Shown here in pieces: positions 8,321 through 18,450 of a stretch of 22,048 nucleotides of DNA (position 1 is the stretch's first letter; each line of letters opens with the position of its first letter). Position numbers and translations under genes: made by a program. The DNA comes from a virus (Duplodnaviria; Heunggongvirae; Uroviricota; Caudoviricetes): positions 1 to 22,048 of IMG/VR virus record IMGVR_UViG_3300030444_000103; one strand, written 5' to 3'. Under the pieces are notes generated by a model. The model was not told the origin of the DNA. It was given only the letters and a program-made list of their open reading frames with translations, and did not search any database.

Positions 8321-8346
8321 CTTGTAATGACATTTGTAATTACAAG
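8321..8346 (+). promoter_or_regulatory. relBE operator-like palindrome (relO)
   Basis: CTTGTAATGACATTTGTAATTACAAG just upstream of relB; matches the known pattern of TTGTAAT/ATTACAA repeats. Confidence 0.5.
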
Positions 8347-8357
8347 AGGTGTAAGAC

Positions 8358-8597
8358 ATGGGTAGCATTAACCTGCGTATTGACGATGAACTTAAAGCGC
8401 GTTCTTACGCCGCGCTTGAAAAAATGGGTGTAACTCCTTCTGAAGCGCTTCGTCTCATGCTCGAGTATATCGCTGACAATGAACGCTTGCCGTTCAAACA
8501 GACACTCCTGAGTGATGAAGATGCTGAACTTGTGGAGATAGTGAAAGAACGGCTTCGTAATCCTAAGCCAGTACGTGTGACGCTGGATGAACTCTGA
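8358..8597 (+). CDS. relB: RelB antitoxin
   Basis: 79 aa, MGSINLRIDDELKARSYAALEKMGVTPSEALRLMLEYIADNERLPF...; stop overlaps the relE ATG (TGATG). Confidence 0.85.
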   Translation: MGSINLRIDDELKARSYAALEKMGVTPSEALRLMLEYIADNERLPFKQTLLSDEDAELVEIVKERLRNPKPVRVTLDEL

Positions 8598-8884
8598 TGG
8601 CGTATTTTCTGGATTTTGACGAGCGGGCACTAAAGGAATGGCGAAAGCTGGGCTCGACGGTACGTGAACAGTTGAAAAAGAAGCTGGTTGAAGTACTTGA
8701 GTCACCCCGGATTGAAGCAAACAAGCTCCGTGGTATGCCTGATTGTTACAAGATTAAGCTCCGGTCTTCAGGCTATCGCCTTGTATACCAGGTTATAGAC
8801 GAGAAAGTTGTCGTTTTCGTGATTTCTGTTGGGAAAAGAGAACGCTCGGAAGTATATAGCGAGGCGGTCAAACGCATTCTCTGA
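8597..8884 (+). CDS. relE: RelE mRNA-interferase toxin
   Basis: 95 aa, MAYFLDFDERALKEWRKLGSTVREQLKKKLVEVLESPRIEANKLRGMPDCYKIKLRSSGYRLVYQVIDEKVVVFVISVGKRERSEVY... Confidence 0.85.
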   Translation: MAYFLDFDERALKEWRKLGSTVREQLKKKLVEVLESPRIEANKLRGMPDCYKIKLRSSGYRLVYQVIDEKVVVFVISVGKRERSEVYSEAVKRIL

Positions 8885-8955
8885 ACCAAAGCATGACATC
8901 TCTGTTTCGCACCGAAGGTGACACTTCTGCTTTGCGTTGACAGGAGAAGCAGGCT

Positions 8956-9111
8956 ATGAAGCAGCAAAAGGCGATGTTAATCGCCCTGATCGTCATCTGT
9001 TTAACCGTCATAGTGACGGCACTGGTAACGAGGAAAGACCTCTGCGAGGTACGAATCCGAACCGGCCAGACGGAGGTCGCTGTCTTCACAGCTTACGAAC
9101 CTGAGGAGTAA
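8956..9111 (+). CDS. hokD: HokD (RelF) type I toxin, 51 aa
   Basis: Hand translation: MKQQKAMLIALIVICLTVIVTALVTRKDLCEVRIRTGQTEVAVFTAYEPEE; below the ORF-track cutoff. Confidence 0.85.
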   Translation: MKQQKAMLIALIVICLTVIVTALVTRKDLCEVRIRTGQTEVAVFTAYEPEE

Positions 9112-9178
9112 GAGACCCGGCGGGGGAGAAATCCCTCGCCACCTCTGATGTGGCAGGCATCCTCAACGCACCCGCACT

Positions 9179-9207
9179 TAACCCGCTTCGGCGGGTTTTT
9201 GTTTTTA
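9179..9207 (+). terminator. Rho-independent terminator after hokD
   Basis: ACCCGCTTCGGCGGGT hairpin followed by a T-run. Confidence 0.6.
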
Positions 9208-9327
9208 TTTTCAACGCGTTTGAAGTTCTGGACGGTGCCGGAATAGAATCAAAAATACTTAAGTAGCGCGCAGGGATAAGAGGGATGGTCCCTTAAAGGG
9301 GAGAGCTAATTATCCGGAAGGATTCTG

Positions 9328-9579
9328 ATGATGAACATCGAAGAACTGCGTAAAATTTTTTGTGAAGATGGCCTCTATGCTGTGTGCGTTGAAAATGGAA
9401 ATCTTGTTAGTCATTACCGCATTATGTGTTTGCGAAAGAATGGGGCTGCGTTAATTAATTTTGTGGATGCTCGGGTCACGGACGGATTTATCTTGCGCGA
9501 AGGTGAGTTTGTCACTTCATTACAGGCATTGAAAGAGATCGGAATAAAAGCTGGCTTTTCTGCTTTTTCAGGAGAATAA
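9328..9579 (+). CDS. Rem-like small prophage protein (83 aa)
   Basis: ORF with GGAAGGA SD; size and position after hokD match Qin rem; the rem sequence itself is not recalled. Confidence 0.5.
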   Translation: MMNIEELRKIFCEDGLYAVCVENGNLVSHYRIMCLRKNGAALINFVDARVTDGFILREGEFVTSLQALKEIGIKAGFSAFSGE

Positions 9580-9645
9580 ACTCATCTACAATCTTGCGCG
9601 GGGCTGAACTCCCGCTGAGTAACACCGTGCCACCGGAGAAAACCG

Positions 9646-9924
9646 ATGGCACGCAACGCAAAATATTACAATTCTGATAATTCGCCCGTTCTTGCCTGCA
9701 CGCACGGGCGGTATTCTCACGCATTCAAGTCTGAATGGTTCCAGCACCCTCCATGCACTGCAGAACAGGCCGAATGGCTGATTCATTCTTACCGCAGGCG
9801 CGGGTTCGAGGTTAAGAAAGCTCTCAGTCTCGACTATCGGCACTGGATAATCTCTGTCAGGCTGCCTTATTCCGAACGCCCACCACGTGCGTCCCGCACT
9901 TTCCAGCAACGGATCTGGAGGTAA
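9646..9924 (+). CDS. Hypothetical protein (92 aa), translationally coupled to the next gene
   Basis: GGAGAAAACCG before the ATG; TAA at 9922-9924 is followed 1 nt later by the GTG start of the downstream gene. Confidence 0.4.
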   Translation: MARNAKYYNSDNSPVLACTHGRYSHAFKSEWFQHPPCTAEQAEWLIHSYRRRGFEVKKALSLDYRHWIISVRLPYSERPPRASRTFQQRIWR

Positions 9925-9925
9925 C

Positions 9926-10975
9926 GTGCGGGTATTACTTAGACCTGTTCTGGTGCCTGAGCTTGGGCTGGTGGTCCTTAAGCCGGGCCGTGAATCCATA
10001 CAGATATTTCATAATCCTCGAGTGCTGGTGGAACCGGAACCAAAAAGCATGCGTAATCTGCCATCCGGAGTCGTTCCTGCCGTTCGCCAGCCGCTGGCGG
10101 AAGACAAAACATTGCTGCCGTTTTTTAGTAACGAACGGGTGATTCGTGCTGCTGGCGGCGTTGGCGCATTGTCCGACTGGCTATTACGTCATGTTACATC
10201 CTGCCAGTGGCCTAATGGCGATTACCATCACACTGAAACAGTCATTCACCGTTATGGTACCGGCGCAATGGTGTTGTGCTGGCACTGCGACAACCAACTG
10301 CGTGACCAGACATCGGAATCACTGGAGCTGCTTGCTCAACAAAATCTGACAGCATGGGTGATTGACGTCATCCGTCACGCAATAAGCGGTACGCAGGAGC
10401 GGGAATTATCTTTGGCTGAATTATCCTGGTGGGCGGTCTGCAATCAGGTGGTGGATGCACTACCTGAGGCTGTATCGCGTCGTTCGCTGGGATTACCAGC
10501 GGAAAAAATCTGCTCGGTGTACCGCGAAAGCGACATCGTACCGGGAGAGCAGACCGCCACCAGCATATTGAAACAACGCACAAAAAATCTTGCACCGTTG
10601 CCTTACGCCCACCAGCAACAAAAATCACCACAGGAAAAGACGGTGGTAAGCATCACCGTTGATCCAGAGTCTCCGGAATCTTTCATGAAGCTGCCTAAAC
10701 GTCGCCGCTGGGTTAAGGAGAAATACACACGTTGGGTTAAGACACAGCCGTGTGCTTGCTGCGGTATGCCAGCCGACGATCCGCATCATCTGATTGGTCA
10801 CGGGCAGGGCGGAATGGGAACAAAAGCACATGATCTCTTTGTGTTGCCTTTGTGCAGAAAGCATCACAACGAGCTGCATACGGATACAGTGGCATTTGAA
10901 GATAAGTATGGCTCCCAACTGGAGCTGATATTTCGTTTTATCGATCGCGCGCTGGCAATTGGCGTACTGGCGTAA
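9926..10975 (+). CDS. YdfU-like DUF968 protein with a C-terminal Cys/His (HNH-like) motif, 349 aa
   Basis: Track ORF 9887..10975; GTG at 9926 after GGAGGT; C-terminus ...QPCACCGMPADDPHHLIGHGQGGMGTKAHDLFVLPLCRKHHNELH... Confidence 0.6.
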   Translation: MRVLLRPVLVPELGLVVLKPGRESIQIFHNPRVLVEPEPKSMRNLPSGVVPAVRQPLAEDKTLLPFFSNERVIRAAGGVGALSDWLLRHVTSCQWPNGDYHHTETVIHRYGTGAMVLCWHCDNQLRDQTSESLELLAQQNLTAWVIDVIRHAISGTQERELSLAELSWWAVCNQVVDALPEAVSRRSLGLPAEKICSVYRESDIVPGEQTATSILKQRTKNLAPLPYAHQQQKSPQEKTVVSITVDPESPESFMKLPKRRRWVKEKYTRWVKTQPCACCGMPADDPHHLIGHGQGGMGTKAHDLFVLPLCRKHHNELHTDTVAFEDKYGSQLELIFRFIDRALAIGVLA

Positions 10976-10988
10976 GTGGAGAACGAGC

Positions 10989-11741
10989 ATGAACCTTGAA
11001 GCCTTACCAAAATATTACTCCCCAAAATCTCCAAAATTGAGCGATGACGCTCCAGCGACAGGCACCGGTTGTTTAACAATTACGGATGTAATGGCAGCGC
11101 AGGGGATGGTGCAGTCGAAAGCACCACTTGGGTTGGCCTTATTTCTGGCAAAAGTTGGTGTTCAGGACCCTCAGTTTGCGATTGAAGGCCTGCTAAATTA
11201 CGCGATGGCACTGGATAACCCGACATTGAACAAATTGAGTGAAGAAATCCGGTTACAGATTATTCCTTACCTCGTGAGTTTTGCCTTTGCTGATTACTCC
11301 AGGTCTGCGGCAAGTAAGGCTCGCTGTGAGCATTGTTCAGGTACGGGATTTTATAATGTATTGCGCGAAGTGGTGAAACACTACAGACGCGGGGAATCTG
11401 TAATCAAGGAAGAATGGGTGAAGGAACTATGTCAGCATTGCCATGGTAAGGGCGAAGCCAGCACAGCGTGCAGAGGGTGTAAGGGTAAAGGGATTGTTCT
11501 GGATGAAAAAAGAACCCGGTTTCATGGCGTACCGGTATATAAGATTTGTGGGCGTTGTAATGGAAACCGGTTTAGTCGTTTACCGACCACGCTGGCACGA
11601 CGTCATGTCCAGAAGCTGGTACCAGACCTGACCGATTATCAGTGGTATAAGGGGTATGCGGACGTCATTGGTAAACTGGTAACAAAGTGCTGGCAGGAAG
11701 AAGCATACGCGGAAGCGCAATTGAGGAAGGTGACGAGATAA
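10989..11741 (+). CDS. Late-gene antiterminator Q (phage 82 / QuuQ-like), 250 aa
   Basis: Track ORF 10959..11741 with ATG 10989 after GGAG; several CxxC pairs; size and sequence match the recalled Qin QuuQ. Confidence 0.8.
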   Translation: MNLEALPKYYSPKSPKLSDDAPATGTGCLTITDVMAAQGMVQSKAPLGLALFLAKVGVQDPQFAIEGLLNYAMALDNPTLNKLSEEIRLQIIPYLVSFAFADYSRSAASKARCEHCSGTGFYNVLREVVKHYRRGESVIKEEWVKELCQHCHGKGEASTACRGCKGKGIVLDEKRTRFHGVPVYKICGRCNGNRFSRLPTTLARRHVQKLVPDLTDYQWYKGYADVIGKLVTKCWQEEAYAEAQLRKVTR

Positions 11742-11772
11742 ATGATTTTTGCTGAAGATGGCGACATGATGT

Positions 11773-11801
11773 TTGCATTTTTCAAAAAATATGGATAAAA
11801 T
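11773..11801 (+). promoter_or_regulatory. pR'-like late promoter
   Basis: TTGCAT-N17-TAAAAT immediately downstream of Q. Confidence 0.55.
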
Positions 11802-11846
11802 TTTTTCAACGATGGGCTTTGTATACCCGACGTTAAGAAAAAGTAG

Positions 11847-11872
11847 AAAACCCGCTGATGAGCGGGTTTTGT
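11847..11872 (+). terminator. tR'-like intrinsic terminator
   Basis: AAAACCCGCT-GATG-AGCGGGTTTT hairpin about 45 nt downstream of the promoter -10. Confidence 0.6.
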
Positions 11873-12162
11873 GCTTTAAATGGGGCAATGGTAATGTTGA
11901 ATCTCATCCCGGGACTCATGTCTGTTAACTTATTATTTAGCTGGTGACTTGGTTATTTGCCTGATGTTTAAAATGTTTTCTTCCAGTACAATGTCCCTAA
12001 ACACAATGAGTCTGCTTATTATATTATTAGCAGAGCTATTACGGCCAAAGTACAGCATAAGCTTTTAAAGCCAATCAACCAGTCATCAAGACAGACGGGG
12101 TTATTCATAAAAACTCTCCATGTGTGATCCGATGGGGCCTGAAATTAAAGCTTTAATATAGC

Positions 12163-12375
12163 TCATGAAAGGTAAACATTGGCAGCTGAAGGGCCACGCA
12201 GACCATTTATCCGGCAAAATTCCACGCGTAATCCGGTGGTAATTTCTTCTGCATCGCGGAGATTGAGCGCTGAGACATGAAGCTGGACATCGATACGACC
12301 ATCGGATGGGGTGATAAGACCCTTGCCGCTTTTGCCGTCAAAGGTTTTGACAATTCCTGTCATTTTACGGGACAA
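12163..12375 (-). CDS. cspF: Cold-shock-domain protein, CspF/CspH-like
   Basis: 70 aa, [26 protein letters not shown]...[16 protein letters not shown]. Confidence 0.8.
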
Positions 12376-12675
12376 AAAAATTCCTTAATACTGATAACTT
12401 GGCGCACTATACACACGTTCCTGAAGAAAGCTATAGTTTTTTGATGGGGTTGAAGATGGCTGGATGTCTAAAATAAACATTGCTTCATATGTTCAACTAT
12501 GCGTTAATGATTGCGTCGGTTTGAAGAACAGACGATATACGAAGTAGTTTACTAAAGCAGTTCTCATTTCAGGTGTTATTCACTTATTCCTTCTTTGAGT
12601 CTCTCCAATTAAGTACGAAGTCGTTTCTGTTATGCAAACCATTTATGCCGAAAGGCTCAAGTTAAGGAATGTAGA

Positions 12676-12891
12676 ATGTCAAATAAAATGACTGGTTTAG
12701 TAAAATGGTTTAACGCTGATAAAGGTTTCGGCTTTATTTCTCCTGTTGATGGTAGTAAAGATGTGTTTGTGCATTTTTCTGCGATTCAGAATGATAATTA
12801 TCGAACCTTATTTGAAGGTCAAAAGGTTACCTTCTCTATAGAGAGTGGTGCTAAAGGTCCTGCAGCAGCAAATGTCATCATTACTGATTAA
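12676..12891 (+). CDS. cspB: Cold-shock protein, CspB-like
   Basis: 71 aa, [38 protein letters not shown]...; divergent from the cspF-like gene. Confidence 0.85.
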   Translation: MSNKMTGLVKWFNADKGFGFISPVDGSKDVFVHFSAIQNDNYRTLFEGQKVTFSIESGAKGPAAANVIITD

Positions 12892-13173
12892 AATTCATCG
12901 CTCGTCTGTATACGATAACGAAGAAGGCTGATGCCTGAGTAGAGATACGGACAGAGTAGTGAATATTGGATCTCTTTAATAAAAAGTAAGGAGGTCCAAT
13001 ACATGAAACAATGGCTAGCATATTTGGCAAAATCTTAATCAGGAAAAGTATGCTAACCATTGTGGTGAAGTGCAGGTTTGCTGCATGAATAGTTTTACAG
13101 CAGAAGCTAACTGCTGGCATGGCAAAACAAAGTGCGTAAGTGGATGACTCCCACAAAAAGCACCACAATCTCA

Positions 13174-13197
13174 AACCCGCTCAGGCGGGTTTTTTAT
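13174..13197 (+). terminator. Intrinsic terminator
   Basis: AACCCGCTCAGGCGGGTT hairpin followed by TTTTTT. Confidence 0.55.
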
Positions 13198-13254
13198 TAT
13201 CTGCTTTAAATATATTATTAAAATATAAAAAATACTTGTTACTAATAAAATCAA

Positions 13255-13425
13255 TCAGGCTACAGCTTTAAGATTTGTCTGGAATACTTTGTTGCAATGA
13301 GGGCAGATCAAAAGGGCACCTTTTTGTACTCTTGAAAAACTGTGTTCTGACTCTTGGGTGCAGTTTGGGCAGGAACATTTAACGAGATAATTACGGCGTG
13401 ATTTTGAGTTTTTACGTTCTGACAT
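13255..13425 (-). CDS. Small zinc-ribbon protein (56 aa)
   Basis: Internal ATG of track ORF 13255..13476 with AGGAAA SD; MSERKNSKSRRNYLVKCSCPNCTQ...ICPHCNKVF carries paired Cys motifs. Confidence 0.4.
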   Translation of the reverse strand: MSERKNSKSRRNYLVKCSCPNCTQESEHSFSRVQKGALLICPHCNKVFQTNLKAVA

Positions 13426-13644
13426 AGGCTTTTCCTGTATAAATGGCCGTATACAGTACACTAAATATGAAAACATTTCTCGTATTATTATTTTATATAT
13501 GACTTTCTTTCAAAATAATTACCCACATTTTTAATGTGTATGTTTTTTTAGCGCCGTTGAGAACAACGTGTGCTGTCAAAACTACCCCGTAGACTCCGAT
13601 CTTTTCAAACATATTGCACCATCCGTGTACATCGGGGTGAGGAT

Positions 13645-13860
13645 ATGAAATCAATGGATAAGTTAACAACAGGTGTTGCCTATGGCACATCGGCGGGTAA
13701 TGCTGGTTTCTGGGCATTGCAGTTACTCGATAAAGTAACTCCGTCACAGTGGGCTGCAATCGGTGTGCTGGGTAGCCTGGTTTTTGGCCTGCTGACGTAT
13801 CTGACAAATCTTTATTTCAAGATTAAAGAAGACAGGCGTAAGGCTGCGAGAGGAGAGTAA
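13645..13860 (+). CDS. Pinholin (phage 21 S-like), 71 aa, dual-start motif
   Basis: [71 protein letters not shown] after GGGGTGAGG; close to recalled S21. Confidence 0.8.
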   Translation: MKSMDKLTTGVAYGTSAGNAGFWALQLLDKVTPSQWAAIGVLGSLVFGLLTYLTNLYFKIKEDRRKAARGE

Positions 13861-13864
13861 TCCA

Positions 13865-14172
13865 ATGACTCAAGACTATGAACTGGTTGTGAAAGGAGTC
13901 CGTAATTTTGAGAATAAAGTTACGGTAACTGTAGCCTTACAGGACAAAGAACGCTTTGACGGTGAAATTTTTGACCTGGATGTCGCCATGGACCGTGTTG
14001 AAGGAGCTGCGCTGGAGTTTTATGAGGCAGCAGCCAGAAGGAGCGTCCGGCAAGTCTTCCTGGAAGTAGCAGAAAAATTGTCAGAAAAAGTTGAGTCTTA
14101 TCTGCAGCATCAGTACTCCTTTAAGATTGAAAATCCTGCCAATAAGCACGAGCGTCCTCATCATAAATATAT

Positions 14173-14176
<4 letters not shown>
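13865..14176 (+). CDS. YdfR-like hypothetical protein (103 aa) between holin and endolysin
   Basis: 103-aa ORF; its stop overlaps the endolysin ATG (ATGA); same size and position as ydfR in Qin. Confidence 0.55.
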
Positions 14177-15200
<1,024 letters not shown>

Positions 15201-15563
15201 GGTAATATTAAATCGGAACATTTACATCGCGGAATGTAAAATTTAAATAAAAAGGACTCTTCCATGAGCCAAAATTCCTGAAATCTTAAGGGTAAGATAA
15301 AAGGTCTTAATCAGAATGACACGTTATTATTAATAAATAAAGCTATTCTTTCATTGCTGTGTTTTTCTTTACAAAAGTAATCCTTGCTATGGGTGGTTAA
15401 TCATGCGTTAATGGTGTTCTGGTTTGTTACAAATTTATCTGAAGCAGTCATTGTTATAATTTTATTATTTGTACCTCTTGAGATTTCCTTGTTGGTTTTT
15501 CTCTCTGATATTTTTTTTCGGACCATTCTGCCCAAGGGCTAATTTCTTCAAAAGGTAATAATT

Positions 15564-15776
15564 ATGTCTAACAAAATGACTGGTTTAGTGAAATGGTTTA
15601 ACCCTGAAAAAGGTTTTGGTTTCATCACGCCGAAAGATGGCAGCAAAGATGTGTTTGTCCATTTCTCAGCAATTCAGAGCAACGATTTCAAAACATTAAC
15701 TGAGAATCAGGAAGTTGAATTTGGTATTGAGAACGGACCTAAAGGTCCTGCCGCTGTTCATGTAGTGGCGCTTTGA
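15564..15776 (+). CDS. cspI: Cold-shock protein, CspI-like
   Basis: 70 aa, [45 protein letters not shown]...; long AT-rich 5' leader. Confidence 0.8.
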   Translation: MSNKMTGLVKWFNPEKGFGFITPKDGSKDVFVHFSAIQSNDFKTLTENQEVEFGIENGPKGPAAVHVVAL

Positions 15777-15981
15777 GGTAGACAATATTACAAACCATAT
15801 TCACTTTAGATGCCCGTGTTGTCATGGTTCCCAGTATAGAACATCATCTTTTGATGTTTCTGACATGAATCCTTTCGGGGCAAAATGTATCTTTTGTAAA
15901 TCAATGATGATTACATTTGATAATATTTCACAATACTTAAATGCCAGCCGTCTGTCGTTGGATTTAAAAAAGTGAAAATGA

Positions 15982-16003
15982 AGGCTCCTTCGGGAGCTTT
16001 TTT
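15982..16003 (+). terminator. Intrinsic terminator
   Basis: AGGCTCC-TTCG-GGAGCTT hairpin followed by TTTTTT. Confidence 0.5.
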
Positions 16004-16047
16004 GCTTGGTATCTATTCGATGGATACTCACATACTACGGTAACATC

Positions 16048-16278
16048 ATGAAAAAAATCATAGTTTTTTTTAACTCTGAACCTGCAGTGGTAGTGCCAGC
16101 GATGACTGGAGTTAACACCATCATGCGTGAATATCCAAATGGCGAAAAAACACACCTTACTGTAATGGCCGCAGGGTTTCCATCTCTGACCGGAGATCAT
16201 AAAGTCATTTATGTAGCCGCGGATCGACATGTTACTTCAGAAGAAATTCTGGAAGCAGCAATAAGGCTCTTGAGTTGA
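16048..16278 (+). CDS. Hypothetical protein (76 aa)
   Basis: ATG inside track ORF 16006..16278; weak RBS. Confidence 0.35.
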   Translation: MKKIIVFFNSEPAVVVPAMTGVNTIMREYPNGEKTHLTVMAAGFPSLTGDHKVIYVAADRHVTSEEILEAAIRLLS

Positions 16279-16449
16279 TTTGATGCTATTGTATTGATAA
16301 TTCAGGAAAATTTTCTTTGTCTGTTTGTGTAAAATTTAGACTATCGTATGTTGATTATTGCGATGTTTCATCTTATCTTTTACACGTTTGCACCATATAA
16401 TCGACTTACTGTGTAACTGGAAAGTCATAACAGACTAAAAGAGGAAATG

Positions 16450-16623
16450 ATGAATATTGAAAACTTAAAAACAAAAGCAGAAGCAGATATTTCTGAATAT
16501 ATAACAAAAAAAATTATTGAACTTAAGAAAAAGACCGGGAAAGAAGTTACCAGTATTCAGTTTACCGCACGGGAAAAAATGACGGGTCTTGAAAGCTATG
16601 ATGTCAAGATTAATTTAATCTGA
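16450..16623 (+). CDS. gnsB: GnsA/GnsB-family protein (57 aa)
   Basis: Hand translation MNIENLKTKAEADISEYITKKIIELKKKTGKEVTSIQFTAREKMTGLESYDVKINLI, close to recalled GnsB; below the ORF-track cutoff. Confidence 0.75.
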   Translation: MNIENLKTKAEADISEYITKKIIELKKKTGKEVTSIQFTAREKMTGLESYDVKINLI

Positions 16624-16774
16624 TGTATTCAATAATAAAATTTATCCATAAACCTCGTTTTTACGGGGTTTTGTTATATTTGAATGGTTCCGAATATCTA
16701 AATCACAATTGTTGATGGTTTTTATTAAACCAATGCAGTCCGGCTCAGGAGTGAGAGAAGCCGGACGTTATGGT

Positions 16775-17185
16775 TTAGCGTGGTAAGATCTGTGTAGTTT
16801 TCTGGATGCTTTCAGTAAATAGTAATGAATTATCAAAGGTATAGTAATATCTTTTTTGTTCGTGGATATTTGTAACCCACCGAAAAACTCCTGCTTTAGC
16901 AAGGTTTCTTCTGTATTCCTGAAATGTGATCTCTCTGGATTTCAGCTTATTAGAGGTCGTTTCTATAAGATGCCTATCCTTTGAAAATTTGACAGACACA
17001 ATGTTTTTTAGGCCCTTTAATAACACTGTATTATCATTTTTTAATACAATATGAACATTCTCTGTGGCTAAATAGTAAATGTAATGTGAGACATTGTGAC
17101 GTTTTAGCTCAGAATAAAACCATTGATAGTTTAAATCGTTTCGAACTTTATCAAATATTTGTTTAAAAATGACTACCTGATCCAT
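16775..17185 (-). CDS. YdfO/YbcV-like DUF1398 prophage protein
   Basis: Track ORF 16775..17200; internal ATG at 17185 with GGAAGG SD gives 136 aa. Confidence 0.6.
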
Positions 17186-17242
17186 AGATAAACCTTCCAT
17201 GTGATATGAGGGGGCGTAGTCTGCACGATTATCTAAATTGCT

Positions 17243-17476
17243 TCAATCTGGTCTGACCTGTTTTCTGAGCAATTCAGTAATGTCACTCTTTTCTTTGTTT
17301 GCTTCAGAAGAAACTCTTTTTTCTGAGCACAGTCTCCGGCGGCAGGCTTCAATGACCCAGGCTGAGAAATTCCCGGACCCTTTTTGCTCAAGAGCGATGT
17401 TAATTTGTTCAATCATTTGGTTAGGAAAGCGGATGTTGCGGGTTGTTGTTCTGCGGGTTCTGTTCTTCGTTGACAT
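17243..17476 (-). CDS. Ribbon-helix-helix (Arc/MetJ-like) DNA-binding protein, 77 aa, possibly YnfO-like
   Basis: Basic N-terminus followed by NIRFPNQMIEQINIALEQKG, the RHH pattern. Confidence 0.5.
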   Translation of the reverse strand: MSTKNRTRRTTTRNIRFPNQMIEQINIALEQKGSGNFSAWVIEACRRRLCSEKRVSSEANKEKSDITELLRKQVRPD

Positions 17477-17584
17477 GAGGTTGTCCCGTATTCAGTGTCG
17501 CTGATTTGTATTGTCTGAAGTTGTTTTTACGTTAAGTTGATGCAGATCAATTAATACGATATCTGCGTCGGTAATGACTCCAAC

Positions 17585-18088
17585 TTATTGATAGTGTTTT
17601 ATGTTCAGATAATGCCCGATGACTTTGTCATGCAGCTCCACCGATTTTGAGAACGACAGCGACTTCCGTCCCAGCCGTGCCAGGTGCTGCCTCAGATTCA
17701 GGTTATGCCGCTCAATTCGCTGCGTATATCGCTTGCTGATTACGTGCAGCTTTCCCTTCAGGCGGGATTCATACAGTGGCCAGCCATCCGTCATCCATAT
17801 CACCACGTCAAAGGGTGACAGCAGGCTCATAAGACGCCCCAGCGTCGCCATAGTGCGTTCACCGAATACGTGCGCAACAACCGTCTTCCGGAGCCTGTCA
17901 TACGCGTAAAACAGCCAGCGCTGGCGCGATTTAGCCCCGACGTATCCCCACTGTTCGTCCATTTCCGCGCAGACGATGACGTCACTGCCCGGCTGTATGC
18001 GCGAGGTTACCGACTGCGGCCTGAGTTTTTTAAATGGCGGAAAATCGTGTTGAGGCCAACGCCCATAATGCGGGCGGTTGCCCGGCAT
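17585..18088 (-). CDS. insB: IS1 InsB (the -1 frameshift partner that makes InsAB')
   Basis: 167-aa ORF overlapping insA in the -1 frame, the standard IS1 arrangement. Confidence 0.85.
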   Translation of the reverse strand: MPGNRPHYGRWPQHDFPPFKKLRPQSVTSRIQPGSDVIVCAEMDEQWGYVGAKSRQRWLFYAYDRLRKTVVAHVFGERTMATLGRLMSLLSPFDVVIWMTDGWPLYESRLKGKLHVISKRYTQRIERHNLNLRQHLARLGRKSLSFSKSVELHDKVIGHYLNIKHYQ

Positions 18089-18282
18089 CCAACGCCATTC
18101 ATGGCCATATCAATGATTTTCTGGTGCGTACCGGGTTGAGAAGCGGTGTAAGTGAACTGCAGTTGCCATGTTTTACGGCAGTGAGAGCAGAGATAGCGCT
18201 GATGTCCGGCGGTGCTTTTGCCGTTACGCACCACCCCGTCAGTAGCTGAACAGGAGGGACAGCTGATAGAAACAGAAGCCAC
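18007..18282 (-). CDS. insA: IS1 InsA
   Basis: [91 protein letters not shown]. Confidence 0.9.
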   Translation of the reverse strand: MASVSISCPSCSATDGVVRNGKSTAGHQRYLCSHCRKTWQLQFTYTASQPGTHQKIIDMAMNGVGCRATARIMGVGLNTIFRHLKNSGRSR

Positions 18283-18450
18283 TGGAGCACCTCAAAAACA
18301 CCATCATACACTAAATCAGTAAGTTGGCAGCATCACCTAGTTTATGTATCGATCGACACATGGTTTTGCATTAGTGAGACACGACTGATGTACACAAAGC
18401 TTTGTACTGGATTGCAAGGCTTTGTGCTCTTCGATAGTGGTTAAGGCGGA

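Larger units (their letters stand above)
17570..18337 (-). mobile_element. IS1 insertion sequence, complete 768 bp
   Basis: Ends read GGTAATGACTCCAACTTATTGAT (17570...) and ...ATCAGTAAGTTGGCAGCATCACC (18337); contains insA and insB; flanking 9-mers ATCTGCGTC and TAGTTTATG differ, so there is no target-site duplication. Confidence 0.9.

Noticed and set aside
7716-8720. Minus-strand ORFs 7716..8009, 8028..8333 and 8340..8720
   Set aside because: They overlap or run antisense to flxA and relB, lack RBSs and have odd composition; the relB upstream region is regulatory.
9586-9999. 137-aa minus-strand ORF
   Set aside because: Antisense to the coupled pair 9646-9924 / 9926-10975, which have good RBSs.
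17619-18249. Plus-strand ORFs inside IS1
   Set aside because: Antisense to insA/insB in a well-known element.
18338-18450. Possible small gene between IS1 and the integrase
   Set aside because: Only 113 bp and no ORF; the ancestral neighbour of int was probably removed by the IS1 event.
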